Assembly: GCF_001194135.2 (NCBI RefSeq)
Contig: NC_068992.1
Location: 7,359,879 to 7,423,878, forward strand
Reading direction: 5' to 3'
Source: Octopus bimaculoides
Taxonomy: Eukaryota
DNA length: 64,000 nt
Shown here piece by piece: positions 1-14,622 of the stretch. The translations under genes and the position numbers were made by a program. The notes below the pieces were generated by a model. That model searched no databases and had not been told where the DNA came from. It saw nothing but the letters and a program-made list of their open reading frames with translations. Numbering within the stretch: position 1 is the first letter of the stretch; every line of letters begins with the position of its first letter.

Positions 1-481
1 TACAGCATGATAACATATTGAAGTGGTTAAATAAAATCTCTACAGCATCACAGATGCTGGCATTGACTAAACGGAACTCATGATGTCATTTATATTATAA
101 TGAGATTTTGATCTAAATACAAACACTTTGATATGGACACCTTCCAAGTTGTTGGTATTAAAAGAGGTAAACAACCAAATTATAGATAAGAATAAACAGC
201 ATATTAATTTAATGTTGACACTTTTTTTATTCCTTAATGACTTCAGATAATTATTACAGGAAATAATAATTCCTCTTTTCCCCTCCCGCTATTTCTTTTC
301 TCTATTCACCTATATAGAATGTGACTTTTCAGCTATACAGTCATATTTTCCTCAAGCCAAACTCTCTAATTTTTTTTACACAAATGCATAATCAACTAAA
401 GCGCTAGATTTTTGTTTCCATTATATTCAATTATTTACCCACACACAAACATATATATATGTATATATATANNNNNNNNNN

Positions 482-524
<43 letters not shown>

Positions 525-2205
525 TACATAAATACACACACATTTATACACATACAGTTTATGTATATTTATTTTTATTTTTATATACAAACATATTTAT
601 ACGTATGTTTGTATGTATATAGTTAGCTAATTTTGCTGTTTGTTTTTCCCCTGTCTGTAAAATCTATTAAAATAGCAACAAAACATTTGTTTGTGTGAAA
701 TATTTGCACATTTACTTTTTCAGGTATTGCAATGACATTTATAGATTTTACTAGATTTTAAATGATTTAAGAGTGCAAGTAACTTCACATAGAATACAAG
801 ATGATGCTGAAAATGTGTTGCTAGGAAACATATGATCGAATCATTTGAAAGTACATTAGTTTTCTAGGAAGAATGTTTAGTTTCACTGTCATATAATTGG
901 ATTCCTATTAATATGTTGTTGAGTTGTAGTAAATCAGATATTTTTGACTATTGGCTAGTCAGAGAAAACAAACCCTGCCCCTTTTCAGGGTATGTTTGAA
1001 TCTAGAGAAAAGAAGTAAAACAACCTGAGACGTGGGACCTAGCAGAAATGCTTGAAACCATACAAGACTCTACCAAATTCATTCAATGATCAGAAAATCA
1101 TTTTTAAGTGATTGTGACATTAAGGTTACAAACCTAGAATAGGAACATTTCATTCTATAAGCTTCCAAATTTCATTCTCAATGTTTTGGTTGACCTGAAC
1201 CTAGAAGACATTTGACTGTAGTGGCACACTGTGGAATTGAATGTGAGACCATGTAGCTGCAAAAGCAAATAGCTTAACCATGCAGCCATATCTGCATCTG
1301 TTTTGAATAAGTTGAAAAGAGTCTGAAGCAATATAAAAATAGTCTACCACAGACAGTTCTCTTATTTTTTCTCTTTTTATTCATTGTATTTTTAGCCTCT
1401 CGTATACTGACATGTTTGACAAATAAAAATTTTATAAGTGTGTAAATGTCAGTTAAATTTGTGAAGCATTTCATATTTTTCTAATATAATGGTGCAAATA
1501 TGAGTATGTAATTAAAAGTTTTAATTTGTAGTCACAGGGATTCAGGTTCAGTCACAAAATGTGATACCTTAGGCAAGTGTTTTGTGTGTGTGTGTGTGTG
1601 ACCAAACCTTAAATAAAAACCAAATTTTCATTTCTTCTATCAGGTTTCATAAAATAAGCAACAGTAATATCTTCATGTTTTCTTCCTCTATCAACTTTTT
1701 TGTCGAGGTGCATAACGGATGGATGTGTACTGTGCATCCCAGCTAATAATACTTAGGGGTTGTTGCTCCTCACAGGAACAATGTGGCCATTTAGATTCAC
1801 ACCATTATCTGCCCTTAAAATGCAAGCAACATCAAGTAGATTTTTTTTCCACCTACAGTCTCTTGCTTGAAGGAACCTTGGGTGGAGGGAGCTCTCAGTT
1901 GTTGTGTTAAATCAACATTGGTACTTCACTAGTACTTATTTTGCTGACTTCAGCAGGATAAAGAGTAAAGTTGACTTCAGCATGATTTGAAATAAGAAGA
2001 TAAAAGCCCTTCACTAAATGCTGCAAAGTATTTTCTCTGCCAGTCTATCACCTGTATATGCTAGGTTATATCTAATCTTCTAGATTACAATCTCTTTAAG
2101 AAAAAGTACCTCATGCTTTGTCAGAACCTTCATTCGAGTTTGTAATTTTTGTCAAATGTTTTTATCTTCTATTTTTATTTACCATATGAATATTCCCCAT
2201 ATCTA

Positions 2206-2600
2206 TTGTGATTATTGAAATAATTATAATCATTGAAATAACTGTGATCATTGAAGTAACTGTGTATGATATTAAGATAATTGTAAATATTGAAATTATT
2301 GTAATTCTTGAGATACTTGTAATTGTTAAAGTAATTGGGATTATTGAAATAATTGTAATTATTGAGAAATAATTGCTGAAATAATTGTGTTATTAAAGTA
2401 ATTGTAATTATTGAGGTAATTATTATTGAGATACTTGTGATTATTGAAATAATTGTAATTATTAAAGCAATTGTGATAATTGTGATTATTGAGATAACTG
2501 TAATTACTGAAATAATTGTAATTATTGAAACAATTATGATTATCAAAATAATTGCATTTATTGGAAATATTTATGATTATTGAAATAATTATAAAAATTC
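2206..2600. repeat. AT-rich minisatellite, 18-bp period (ATTATTGAAATAATTGTA-like), about 20 copies
   Basis: Visible periodicity; it generates the spurious IIT/IIS ORF at 2175-2546. Confidence 0.9.
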
Positions 2601-4555
2601 AAAACATTTTTCGTACTTTTTTTCCTTTCCTGTCAGTTTCTTCATTTCCATTATTGTTTTCTTTTTCTATGGACTATCTATATTGTTTTATTTTATTCTG
2701 TCTTTTCCTTTCCACAGTCACGTAACATAATAACAAGCTAGATTCTATTGCCAAACAGAACTACAATTGGTCTCGGTCAAATAACTTTTTCCCCTTTCAC
2801 ATAACTTTACAATCTATTATCAGTTAGAACAAAACTCACACAGGTGTTGCACATCACCAATACAATTCATGTTACTCTAGAAGTGCAGTATCTATATCAT
2901 AACTGTTCACTGACATCTATTTATGTGCTTATCTGTTAATTCAAACGATGAATGGAATAGACACAAACATTCAGAAAATATCTTCATTTTACTCCATATC
3001 TAAACATCAACTATAATTTCCCATTTCTCCCACGACCACCCCTTCAGTGAGGCAACTACAAAGATTTTAATAATCATGTTAGAAGAAGAAAGAGCTTTAA
3101 TCATTCAACAATTAAAACTGCTGTTCGCATTTCTGGAAATAGTTTCTTTAGCCAATCGTCCACCTCACTTTATCTTCTAAATTTATAGCATTGCAGACCA
3201 CTTATTTATAAACATGCAAGCAGTCTTATCACAAATCATTTTATCCTTGTAACTATATGATATATTATAGTCAATTATTAACTTTCAATGAAGTCATTCT
3301 CTCAAAAGTGTTTTCATTGCAGCGTTATCTGTCTGTGGTCTTTTTAGAACTGAAATTTGAAAAACATCTCATTTTCTGTTATATCAGACATATTTTCATC
3401 AAATAATGTGGTTGCTGTTTTTGTTGTTATCATTGTTGTTGTTGTTTATATCCAGACTATCCTTGATCCAGGAAACCTATGATGAAAAGCATTCCAGTCA
3501 TGACTGACTCTGTCTATTTTTCTTTCTTTTATTTTTTGGGTTTTTTTTTCTTTTCAGATACAATGTATCTAATACCACATCATTTTTCTAAAACAGTATG
3601 GTGTGGTTTCAGTGAAATTCTACTGCTATTTCTAGCAGGTCAAACAACCACATATTGGGCCCCCACCCACCTCATTACCTCATCAAACAATGTAGTGTTG
3701 TTGCTATTATTGTTGTTGTTGTTGCTGTTATTGTTTAGCCTCATGTCAACCATGATCAAACAGATCTATGATCAAGGTTATTCCAGCCATGATCATCCCC
3801 TCTTATTTTCAGGCTTGTATCTAGAACTACATTATTTAAAGTGCCCTTCCTTCTTTATGATGGTAGATTGTAATTTTGATAGACATTTGGCTGTTATACC
3901 CAGCAAGTTGATCCATTGAACATGTAGGAAGAGCAATTTGTTTTTAAATACTGTTTACCATTATTTTATCAATTGCAAACCATTTCATCTAAATGATAAT
4001 TACAAATTGGTGACATTTTAATGTAGACAACAGCATAATTAACAGGTGTCCTACACTGTATTTGTATATCTATACAAATGTCAGGTAAATTTATGAGTGT
4101 TTGTTTATACTAAACACATTTTTAACCTCTCTTATGAAAAGAACATACTGTGGTTAAACCACATTTTCTTATTTCTCTATGACCAGAAAAAAAGTCAAGT
4201 TTCAGTGTTTTTATTGCTTTGTTACTCATTTTCTTAACTATAGAGAACATAGTAGCTGAGAACTGTTTACAGTACATACAAACTTGGATAAAATTAAATT
4301 GACCTGATTTAATATAAATAATCACAAATGCAAGCTTTGGAAATGTTTAATAGAGAGAAGCACCAAACAGCATTAGGATAAATAGTGATATAAGTTAAAA
4401 CTTATGGGTGTATTTATAGTAAATTTTTCTGGTTGAAATTGAAAAGTACCTATTTTTCACCACTAAGTTAAAAGCATGTTTACTATAAACACACAGTCAT
4501 AATTCGACCTTATATCTCTGTTTATCCAAATGTTGTTGTGCACTTCATCATCATC

Positions 4556-4817
4556 GCGGAACGCGTGGCTTAGTGGTTAGGGTGTTAGCATCATGATCGT
4601 AAGATTGTGGTTTCGATTCCTGGACCAGGCGACGCGTTGTGTTCTTGAGCAAAACACTTCATTTCACGTTGCTCCAGTCCACTCAGCTGGCAAAAATGAG
4701 TAACGCTGCGATGGACTGACGTCCTGTCCAGCTGGGGAACACATACGCCATTGAAACCGGGAAACCGGGCCCGTGAGCCTGGCTAGGCTTTAAAAGGGCA
4801 CATGTATTATTATTATT
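4556..4817 (+). mobile_element. tRNA-derived SINE with target-site duplication
   Basis: A box TGGCTTAGTGG, B box GGTTTCGATTCC, central TTGAGCAAAACACTTCATTTCAC, (TAT)n tail; 14-bp TSD acttcatcatcatc at 4542-4555 and 4818-4831. Confidence 0.88.
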
Positions 4818-5798
4818 ACTTCATCATCATCATTTAATTAAATATTATTAACAGATGTAATATCTTAATGAAAATTAAGGCAGATCGATTTAGTTTTGTT
4901 CAAGTTTATATATACTAAAATAGTTGTAAGCTACTATTTAATTTATGAGTGGGAAAATGAGTGATCAGTCACTGATGAAGCAGTAAGAAAGAAAGGAAAA
5001 ACTAGTCAAGTCTGTCTCCTTTTTCTGGTCACAGAGACAAAAATGTGGTCGTACTACAGTATTTTCTTTTCACAGCAAGGCAAAAGAAAAACTATATGTT
5101 CACTATAAACATCACTGTATGTTTACCTTTCACCTCTTTTTTGATAATTATGCATAATTTTTCCGAAATGACTTCATGAAAAAATAAACTTAAGATGAGA
5201 TGTTACTGAAGTTAACTTGCAGAAATTCTGTTCTAGATAGATACAATGATACATTTATCATAATGTTCTGGCGTGATGGTATTATATCTATGAGAATTTC
5301 AGGTGATTTGAATGTGTAGCTTCAGGAAATGTGTGATTAAAACAGACTTTAGCATGATCTACAAACATTCCTTGCATGTCAATGTGGTCTCACTTTATGT
5401 ACTTTGGTTGCTGTCATTGTTTAGCTCAAAGACTGTCAGTTTTTTTGTATCTTTCTTTTGTTCTTTTTTTTCTTTTTTTTCTAAGACCTGTGCATCCAGG
5501 AAGACATTATCAGATACATCTTTCTCCTTTTAAGTTAGTAAGATGTGGTTTGAGGGTTATTTGACTGCTGTTTCTTGCAGTATGAGTAACCACATAGAAG
5601 TTCCCTAGCTGACTTGTGTGTTTTACTGATGGTAGTTGTTATTTAACTTCAGGTCAGCCCAAATTGAACAAATATCTGATTAAAAGTATTCCAGACATCT
5701 TTTTTTCTTTCAGGCAGTGAACACCATCCAGTTCTAAATTAACAAATGTGACCTTTCCTTTATAAGATGATAGGGAAGATTTTGAGGGAGATTTGACT

Positions 5799-5841
<43 letters not shown>

Positions 5842-6895
5842 TGAATCAGCACATGTTAAGTCACTTGTGTTCTTTCATCAGGACTATATTCACCGTATTT
5901 TAACATCACTGTGATGGGAAAGTACAATGTCGTATTTATACTACCTGTTATATACTGTTAATTTTTTTTTTTTTTTTGAATTTTTTGAAGTTTGTTGCAG
6001 TTGATGTGGGAGAGGCTGATATTTCAAACACAGCTGGCATGGATTTCATCTATTGCTTGCAGATCTATGAGGGTAGGGTATTATCATTTTGTACAAAAGG
6101 TTATGCCAGTGAATATTTGATCATCAATCTTTCTGGGTAATAGATTTAATTCACCACCCAGTTTAGCACCATCGTTGAGCCTTTGGGTACCTTCCGCAGA
6201 ATCCATCCGTTGTAAGCATTCATGCTAGGCCTCTGAGGATAACTTCTTCCCATTTTCCCACCAATCATAAAAGCTTGGAAACATCTGGGTCACAGCAATT
6301 TCTCTTCCATGAAGTTTTACATTCATATTCTCTTCTTCTCAGTCAAATGTATGAACAATACTGATATATTCTTACATTTCTTCGATATCCACATCTGTGT
6401 CCACAAGTGTCTGACTTCACATCATAATTGTTGTCTTCATATGGTACGTTGTTCTCTAGTAGTTATACTTAAGATGTTGTTATTGTTTAACCCCAGGTCA
6501 TCTTTAATCCATCAGCCCTCTGATCAAATGGCATTCTAACCATGATTACATCATAATATTTTCAAAAATATTATTTAAGGCTACCTTATCCATCATGTCT
6601 TAAAGAGTATGGTTGATTTGAAGGCTACTTGGCTATTTTGTAAGAAAGTAGGGTGTGACTTGAGGGAGATTTGACTGCTGTTTTTATAACAAGTCTAGCA
6701 ACAATATAGAAACTCCTTTGATGATAGAGTAGCATGGATCTTAGGTGTTTCACTCATAAACACACACATCACCCGGTCTGAGATTTGAACCCACGATCCC
6801 TCAATTGTGAGTCCACTGCTCTAACCACTAGGCTATGTGCCTCCACAGGAGTTTTTATATGCATGTTCAAAATGTTTCCTGTAAACAAAATTAAA

Positions 6896-6936
<41 letters not shown>

Positions 6937-9851
6937 NNNNNNNNNNNNNNNNNNNNNNNNNNNNNNNNNNNNNNNNNNNNNNNNNNNNNNNNNNNNNNNN
7001 NNNNNNNNNNNNNNNNNNNNNNNNNNNNNNNNNNNNNNNNNNNNNNNNNNNNNNNNNNNNNNNNNNNNNNNNNNNNNNNNNNNNNNNNNNNNNNNNNNNN
7101 NNNNNNNNNNNNNNNNNNNNNNNNNNNNNNNNNNNNNNNNNNNNNNNNNNNNNNNNNNNNNNNNNNNNNNNNNNNNNNNNNNNNNNNNNNNNNNNNNNNN
7201 NNNNNNNNNNNNNNNNNNNNNNNNNNNNNNNNNNNNNNNNNNATATATATATATATATATATATATACATACATATATATAGACACCTATCCCTGTCCCT
7301 TTATACCTCTAATCTCTCATCAACTGGCACAAAGCACACCCCCTGCCCAACTCACTACTTCTCCCCACTTCCAGCTGAAGAGGTTTTTGTCTTGCAAGTT
7401 ACTTGATGACTCTTTTGGTGCCACATAAAAACTACCCAGTGCATGCTGTAAAGTAGTCATTAGGAAGGGAACCCAGCCACAGACATCATTCCAAAACAGA
7501 CAATAGAGCCTGGTGTGGGTCCAGGTCTTACCAGTTCCAGTCAAGCCGTACAACCCATGCTAACATGGACATTAAATAATATATAGTATAACTTAGATAT
7601 CATAGTTATTTTCCTTGTCTTTAGCCTTACCTATTCATTTATGGGATTTTTATAAGAAATCAATGCTGTGATTTCTTGAAACTTATGAAGGGCTATATTT
7701 TCATGGTTATAGAAATAATGCAGAGCACAAATTATGTTTAAAAATGTTGGTATTTTGATTGTTAGATGTGTTCTTTTGAAAACTTTCTGAATACGACAAG
7801 ACTGAATAAATTTTATTGCATAAAATTATACTTGTAAAGATTGTAGATTACTCGTTAGACAATGTTCATTGTTAATGAAGAAGAGAGAAGTTTACATATT
7901 AGTAATTATCAACAATCTTGTTATATAAGAAATGATTAACTTAAAATCAAATTTTAACTGAAGAATGCATCTGAAAGCGAAAATAGAGCTTATAAGATGC
8001 TTCCAAATGTTAGTATTGTTTTTCATGTTTTAAACTGATCATTCATATTGTAACCACTTTTCTGGAAAGGAAAAGAACCATGATAGAATTGGAATGTTAC
8101 AACTACAGCAGGAATTAAATTCTCCATACACTCCTTCCTGATATCTAGAGGAAAATCCAACCAACTCTTTGTGCTGTAAAACAAACCTGATTTGCTTCTA
8201 AGTTTTATGCTACTGAATACTTTGGATGTCTGATCAAACTTTCAGAACAATGAAGAGATGAAAGAAATTTTAAACATAAAATGCTTCACTCAAAAATGGC
8301 AACTAGTACTGTTAACACAGTGGTCATTTTTACAATTGATTAAGTGCATAGCAAAACTTGAGTAAAAGAATTTCCTTTTGAAATTTTGGTCAACTGAAAC
8401 TTTATTCTGGACTAGATAAGTTAACTATTAGAAGTTGTTGTCATTGTGTTTTTGTATGCTGTGAAATGTTTTAGATATGAAGAAATGTCCTTTATTATCC
8501 AAACATTGGCTATCACATTGTTAACTTTTGATAATAGCTGCTAAACACTTGATGTGGCATAATATTCTGCAACTAAGATGAAGGAATTAACCTGTTTCAG
8601 TGTTTCTCTGTGGTGTTGTTGTACGAAGACTATTAATTTTACTTTTGGTCTATGTACTTTAATGTAGTTTACTAATATTGATTTTAGTAAGAATATTGCT
8701 ATATTTATTTTGTGCATTAGGAAATTGCTTCCTTTACAGCTTACATATTTGTGTTTTAAGAATGTGGATGTGCATGTATGTGTATGTTTGGCATTTCTCT
8801 ACTTAAATGCGGTCCATTCTACAGCACAAGATATTTTAGTCTAAACAACAACTTCAATAAAATTCTGAACTTCAAGAAAGTTTTACATATTACAAATGAG
8901 CAACTTATCAATTAAATTCAAAGAATTCTGATTATCTGGTCTGAAATTTCTAGAAGTTAACAAGTAAACATATACTGACAAAAATAATATACATCAAGTA
9001 TTATAGATGTGAAATCAAACCAATAATTATAGTTCAATAGCTGAGGATTCTTTATCGGCTGACTCTGTAGATACTTTTATTTACTGAGTTTCAAATCTGA
9101 GCTCAGTGTAAATATATGCAATTTTCTGTACACATATTTTTTCAGTCGTTAGCTCTTATAGAACAAATTAGTAGACATGTTGAAATCTTAGTTTAGAATT
9201 TTAGTGGGGAACAATCTAATCATATACTTTCTGTGCAATTGTTAAAACACTATAGATGTAGGCAAGGTTGTGTGGTGAAAAGTGTGTTTTGCTACTCTGT
9301 GGTTCAGTACTGAACTTGGAGCAAGTACTCTCTACCATGATTGTTTTATATTAACCAAATGGTTATCAAAGAAGTTTGGTATAACAGGCAGAAATTGTAT
9401 GTGTGCGTGTGTGCATGTGTGTGTGTGTGTGTGTGTTTATTCCAGTGTAAGATAAAAACTTATGCATCCGATTTCTTATCTTACTAAAATAATGGTTGAT
9501 ATAGTCAACTGAAACCTCTGCATGTGATGCTCTTGTATGGGTGCAGTTTAATGATTGAAACCAGGAGAGAAAAAAAACAAAAATATGTGCCACCAACAAC
9601 CACTTCACCCAAAGGATGAAATTGAAAAGGTCTACAAACATTGCCTACTCTTGAAAACTTTTGTTCGAAATTAAGTTAATACAAAAAATTATTAAAAATA
9701 AAAACTTGAGCAAAACTGTACGTGTGTGTATGTATATATTTATATATACATACACACACACACATATATCTGCACATACATATGTATCCAGGTGTACATA
9801 TATATGTGTGTACACACATACATATACATAGATATATAAGATCAAAGTATA

Positions 9852-9906
<55 letters not shown>

Positions 9907-10139
9907 NNNNNNNNNNNNNNNNNNNNNNNNNNNNNNNNNNNNNNNNNNNNNNNNNNNNNNNNNNNNNNNNNNNNNNNNNNNNNNNNNNNNNNNNNNNNNN
10001 NNNNNNNNNNNNNNNNNNNNNNNNNNNNNNNNNNNNNNNNNNNNNNNNNNNNNNNNNNNNNNNNNNNNNNNNNNNNNNNNNNNNNNNNNNNNNNNNNNNN
10101 NNNNNNNNNNNNNNNNNNNNNNNNNTATATAATAACAGA

Positions 10140-11270
10140 TAACTTTATTTATCAAAAAATGCTATGAGGATAAAAATAAACGTTCTTTTCTATAATGTTA
10201 TTCAATAAAGCCACATTCAGCTCCAACAACTGCTTCTATATGAGATCTAAATCATCTACATGCTCGAATCAAGTGGTCCTGGTTCATTTTGGACATTACT
10301 CTGACTATGGTAGTTTTCAAAGAATCTTTGGTGTTATGTGTGTGTTCATTGACCTCTCTATCAACAACACTCCACATGTAATAGTGACTGGATTGAAATC
10401 TGGGGAATTAGGAGGCCAAATGTTAGGGGTTATGTGATCATGAAAATTTTCAGCCATCCATTCTTGTGTTACTAGAGCCATGTGTGATAGTGCAGAGTCT
10501 TACCGAAACACATGTTTCATTGCATACATTGTGTATTGCGTACACTGTCTAACCAGGGCTTAACAGTTATTTCGAGGACCTCAATGTAGGCAGCAGAGTT
10601 AATTATAAGACCTTCTGGAAAGAAGTAAAGAAGCATCAAATATCCTTCATTGTTGACAACCCCTAAAACCATGACAGTTGCAGGAAATTTTGTATGCATA
10701 ACACTTGGAACATCAGAAGGGTCTGCACATAACCATCTGTCATTTCTTCTGTTAACTTTTTGATCTTGGTCAAAGTTTTTTTCGTTTGAGAAAAACTAAA
10801 TCAAATCTTTTTCTGCTGAATTTTTCAGTTTGTTTAAAAGCCTTTTAGATCTGACGTTGTGATTTTCTTTTGCTTTTTCTGACAAATTGACCTTCCCTCA
10901 TCATATAAGACTTATATCTGATCTCTTCGTGGACAACATTTCTGACTGTTCCTTCTGACACATGGAGATAGATCTTTTGCAACTGACCTCATGGACTTTC
11001 TGGGATTGAAATCAATGGTTTGTTGAACTTGCTGATTAAATTCAGGTGTTCTAATAATTTCAGAGCATTTAGAATGCTTTTTTATGCTTTGATACTAGTG
11101 ATACGTTTCCATCTTCAGTTTCTAGCTCCTTACAAACTTTGTAGATGAAAAATCTGGCAACTTTTAACGATCAAGATATTCCTAAATCGCTATGCTCAGC
11201 CTTTATAACCACAATAACAACATGCTGCTTCATTTCTTGATTCAAATTAATCCTACAAATTTTTAATTAT
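10140..11270 (-). mobile_element. Decayed Tc1/mariner DNA transposon, maT (DD37D) family; near full-length transposase pseudogene at 11233-10198
   Basis: Minus-strand translation across stops and frameshifts: MKQHVVIVVIKAEHSDLGIS..., TKFPATVMVLGVVNNEGYLMLLYFFPEGLIINSAAYIEVLEITVKPW, DSALSH...WPPNSPDFNP (spacing consistent with 37 residues to the third Asp position), ...FRSHIEAVVGAECGFIE*. Confidence 0.88.
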
Positions 11271-12115
11271 TTATAGATAGATAGATAGGTAGGTAGGTAA
11301 GTAGGTAGGTACGTACATACGTACATACATACGTACATAGGTAGATAGAGATAGATAGACAGACAGTTAGTAGGTAGGTAGATAGAGATGGATGGATGGA
11401 TGGATTAAGGAACCCATCACTATGCATAACTATTTTAAAATAATGTAGACATTTAATTTATCTTAGATTTGATATTTCAAGGAAGAAATAGATAATAGAA
11501 GTATACACATATTAGGTGTGTGCTACATTGAAGACATGGCTGTGTTTGATTTCAATGTTTTTATTAATACTTTATCATATTTCCTTATTCGGTTTTTAGG
11601 TCTAGTTTGGTATAATAAAATTATTATTTCAAATTAAATGTATGAAACTAATAAGGGAAGATGAAAAAAGATCTTTAATAAAAAAACGACTTAATTGAAA
11701 CACATTTGAGTCTTCAATATAACGTTTGAAAAAAAAATGTGTTCTCATTTTACATAAATATATGCACACATACATACGTGCATGAGTGTGTGTGTGTGTG
11801 TCTGTGTGAATGTATGCCATATGTATATTTACATGCATGTATATGTATGTACATACATGCATATATGTATATTTCTCTGCATATGAATGATTTTCTTCCT
11901 CATCTCCTAGATTCTGAGATGAAAAAAGAAAAGAAAAATAATACAAAAGATGGTATATTTTAAATTTCTATTTCCTTTCAAGTAATAAGTAGATACTATC
12001 TTACTAACTTACTACTAACATATCTAACTTAAAAACAAATAAGAATTTATAGTTGAGCCACAATATTGAAAACATAGAGAACTAAAAGCCGAACACCAAA
12101 TTCTATATTTTTCAG

Positions 12116-12403
12116 ATATTTATCTCACAGGAACTTCATTTGTGACTGTTGGTGATCACATAATATTGGTGTGCAATGTGGTGGGTGGGGACTATATCCC
12201 CGAGGATGTAGATTGGTTCAAAGATGGCAATGAGATCAAATATGATTCTACACAAAGGGTACACGTAACCAGACAGCGTTCGGTGAATACGAAGTTTTTA
12301 TCGAGTCAACTACTGATTAAAAAAAGTAATATGGATGATGCAGGGAATTACGTTTGCCGTTCTGGCATGGATGTAACCAGCCTGAATGTTGAAGTCCTTA
12401 ATG
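12116..12403 (+). CDS. Internal coding exon encoding one Ig (I-set/V-like) domain of a zig-8/Dpr-like Ig-superfamily protein
   Basis: Acceptor ttctatatttttcag| and donor AATG|gtaggc; 288 nt, phase 1-1, open frame: IYLTGTSFVTVGDHIILVCNVVGGDYIPEDVDWFKDGNEIKYDSTQRVHVTRQRSVNTKFLSSQLLIKKSNMDDAGNYVCRSGMDVTSLNVEVLN. Ig hallmarks present: B-strand Cys, WFKDG, L-x-I, D-x-G-x-Y-x-C. Family assignment is from recalled similarity to the second Ig domain of molluscan zig-8-like proteins. Confidence 0.92.
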
Positions 12404-12583
12404 GTAGGCAATGATTTTTTATGGCTTCTTTCAGCACATTATTATCTTTCTATTTCAAAACTCTCCCCTTTTTTTGATACATCAAAATATCTCTCAAATC
12501 TTCTTATTCAAATTCTGGAAGCATTTTTGAGATTCAGCGTATAGGCTTCAAGATATTTTCTATTTAAATACCGAATACATCAT

Positions 12584-12634
<51 letters not shown>

Positions 12635-12642
12635 CATACATA

Positions 12643-12806
12643 CAATGGGCTTCTTTTCAGTTTCCGTCTACCAAATCCACTCACAAGGTTTTGGTCGGCC
12701 CAAGGCTATAGTAGAAGACACTTGCCCAACATGCCACGCAGTGGGACTGAACCCGGAACCATGTGGTTGGTAAGCAAGCTACTTACCACACAACCACTCC
12801 TATGCC
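12643..12806 (-). mobile_element. CORE-like tRNA-derived SINE
   Basis: Minus strand GGAGTGGTTGTGTGGTAAG...GGTTCCGGGTTCAGTCCCACTGCGTGGCATGTTGGGCAAGTGTCTTCTACTATAGCC. Confidence 0.85.
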
Positions 12807-13259
12807 TTACATGTATATTTATACATAAATTATAGATCCACTATAGGTAGAATAAAGTGAGAGATAAATATCGATTTAATACACATATTGAAAGAGCAAC
12901 TAATAGTTTCATGCTTTTTTAATACTTAAACTAGGCATATTTATAATATATGCCATGTATCTCCGACCAACCTTTCACTAAGGACACTGGACAGTGAGAA
13001 ACTAAGAAAAAACAAGAAGAAAAATACTGCATTAATTGTGGTTTCTGCAGTTAGGGAGGATGGGGATCTTGGTTTCTTTCTTCTCATATATATATATATA
13101 TATATATGTGGGTGTATATATATATGTATGTATATATATGCATATGCATATATATATATGTATATATATTTGTGTGNNNNNNNNNNNNNNNNNNNNNNNN
13201 NNNNNNNNNNNNNNNNNNNNNNNNNNNNNNNNNNNNNNNNNNNNNNNNNNNNNNNNNNN

Positions 13260-13315
<56 letters not shown>

Positions 13316-14570
13316 TATCAGAGATACCCGGCCTTGCTCAGGATTAAAACGGCATAGATTTTTATTGTTTTACTTGTTTCAGTCATGTGACTGTAGTCGT
13401 GCTGGAGCACTGCCATAGGCTGAAGAAATCAACCACAGGATTTATTCTTTGTAAGCCTAGTACTCATTCTGTCAGTGTCTTTTACCAAACCGCTAAGTTA
13501 CCGGAATGTAAACACAGCAACATCATTAATTAATTTCAGTTTAAACAGTTTTTTGGAAGTGGTATTTGATTAAACATAAATTGTGTGCTCCTCCCATCAT
13601 ACATTAACTTCACAACACTTCACTTACAGTAACCATCCTCTATCATATCCTCCCTCTCAGTTGAGAAAGCTCTTTAGTCCTGCAAGATACAGGGTAACCT
13701 CACTAACGCTGGTGCCACAAAAACAAAAAAAGCACACACTATACTCTGTAAAGCAGTAGGAATTAAGAAATGTATCCAGCCATAGAAACCATGCCTGATT
13801 CACTAGAGCAAGACGTGGTTCTCTGTACTGTTGGATCCTGTCAAAATGTCCAACCCATGCCAAGATGGGAAGAAGTCATAAAAATGATGCTGATGATGAT
13901 GCGTGCATACATATGAGTATTTCACTGATGTTTTCCAGTTCAAGATTTGAACATTAATAAGAAAATCAAAAAATCAGTACTTTTTGAACAATGTTCCTTG
14001 TGATATATGTTCAGCACTGAGTCACACAGACACTCCATTGTCTATCTTGCTGTGAAAAATAGTGAACCAATGATCTACTATTGGAAACTTGTTGCCAACA
14101 ACACTATTGTTCACCAAATGTGATACAGTAATATAAAAAATTAAAAAATAGACAACTAAGCTGATATGAACATATAATGGCAATGAAATATCAAAAGTGC
14201 AATAAGTTGATAATGGAAAATATTCGTTATATACATAAAATAAGAGAAAATAGATTTTAAGAATTGTCTAGAGAAAGAGAAATTGAAATAACATTAGTCA
14301 TTGATTAATGTTGTTGCTTTTTTTCCCCTCGCTATATAATTATTTCTTGTCGGGCTTTCTTTTTTTATAAATTGCTCCCAAGATTAAATATGATAACATT
14401 AACTTAGCTATTGTTTTTCCTGAATAGGGTGTTATTTGTTCTCTAAACCATTCTATATTTCTGTACTAATTAGTGTACAATATGAATATTTTTCCATTAT
14501 TATTTTGGAAAGTACAGTGGTGTCCATACTTAGCTGATGATGTCAATAACACCGAAACATGTACGAGATG

Positions 14571-14622
14571 AAATAATTAAAATAATTAAAATAATTAAAA
14601 TAATTAAAATAATTAAAATAAT
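14571..14622. repeat. 9-bp tandem repeat (AAATAATTA), about 5-6 copies
   Basis: aaataattaaaataattaaaataattaaaataattaaaataattaaaataat. Confidence 0.9.

Noticed and set aside
708-730. tttactttttcag|gtattg AG|GT fusion
   Set aside because: The 5' splice site is weak (no +5 G) and expected by chance in T-rich DNA; the same applies at 1643, 34988 and 48669.
2175-2546. 123-aa Ile-rich ORF
   Set aside because: It is the translation of an 18-bp minisatellite.
4556-4630. tRNA-like sequences at SINE heads
   Set aside because: A and B boxes are present, but there is no complete cloverleaf and they continue into SINE bodies, so they are not tRNA genes.
5990-6450. Higher-complexity segment faintly resembling a mariner transposase on the minus strand
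   Set aside because: No diagnostic motif (WVPR, DETW, DxAxxH) could be recovered.
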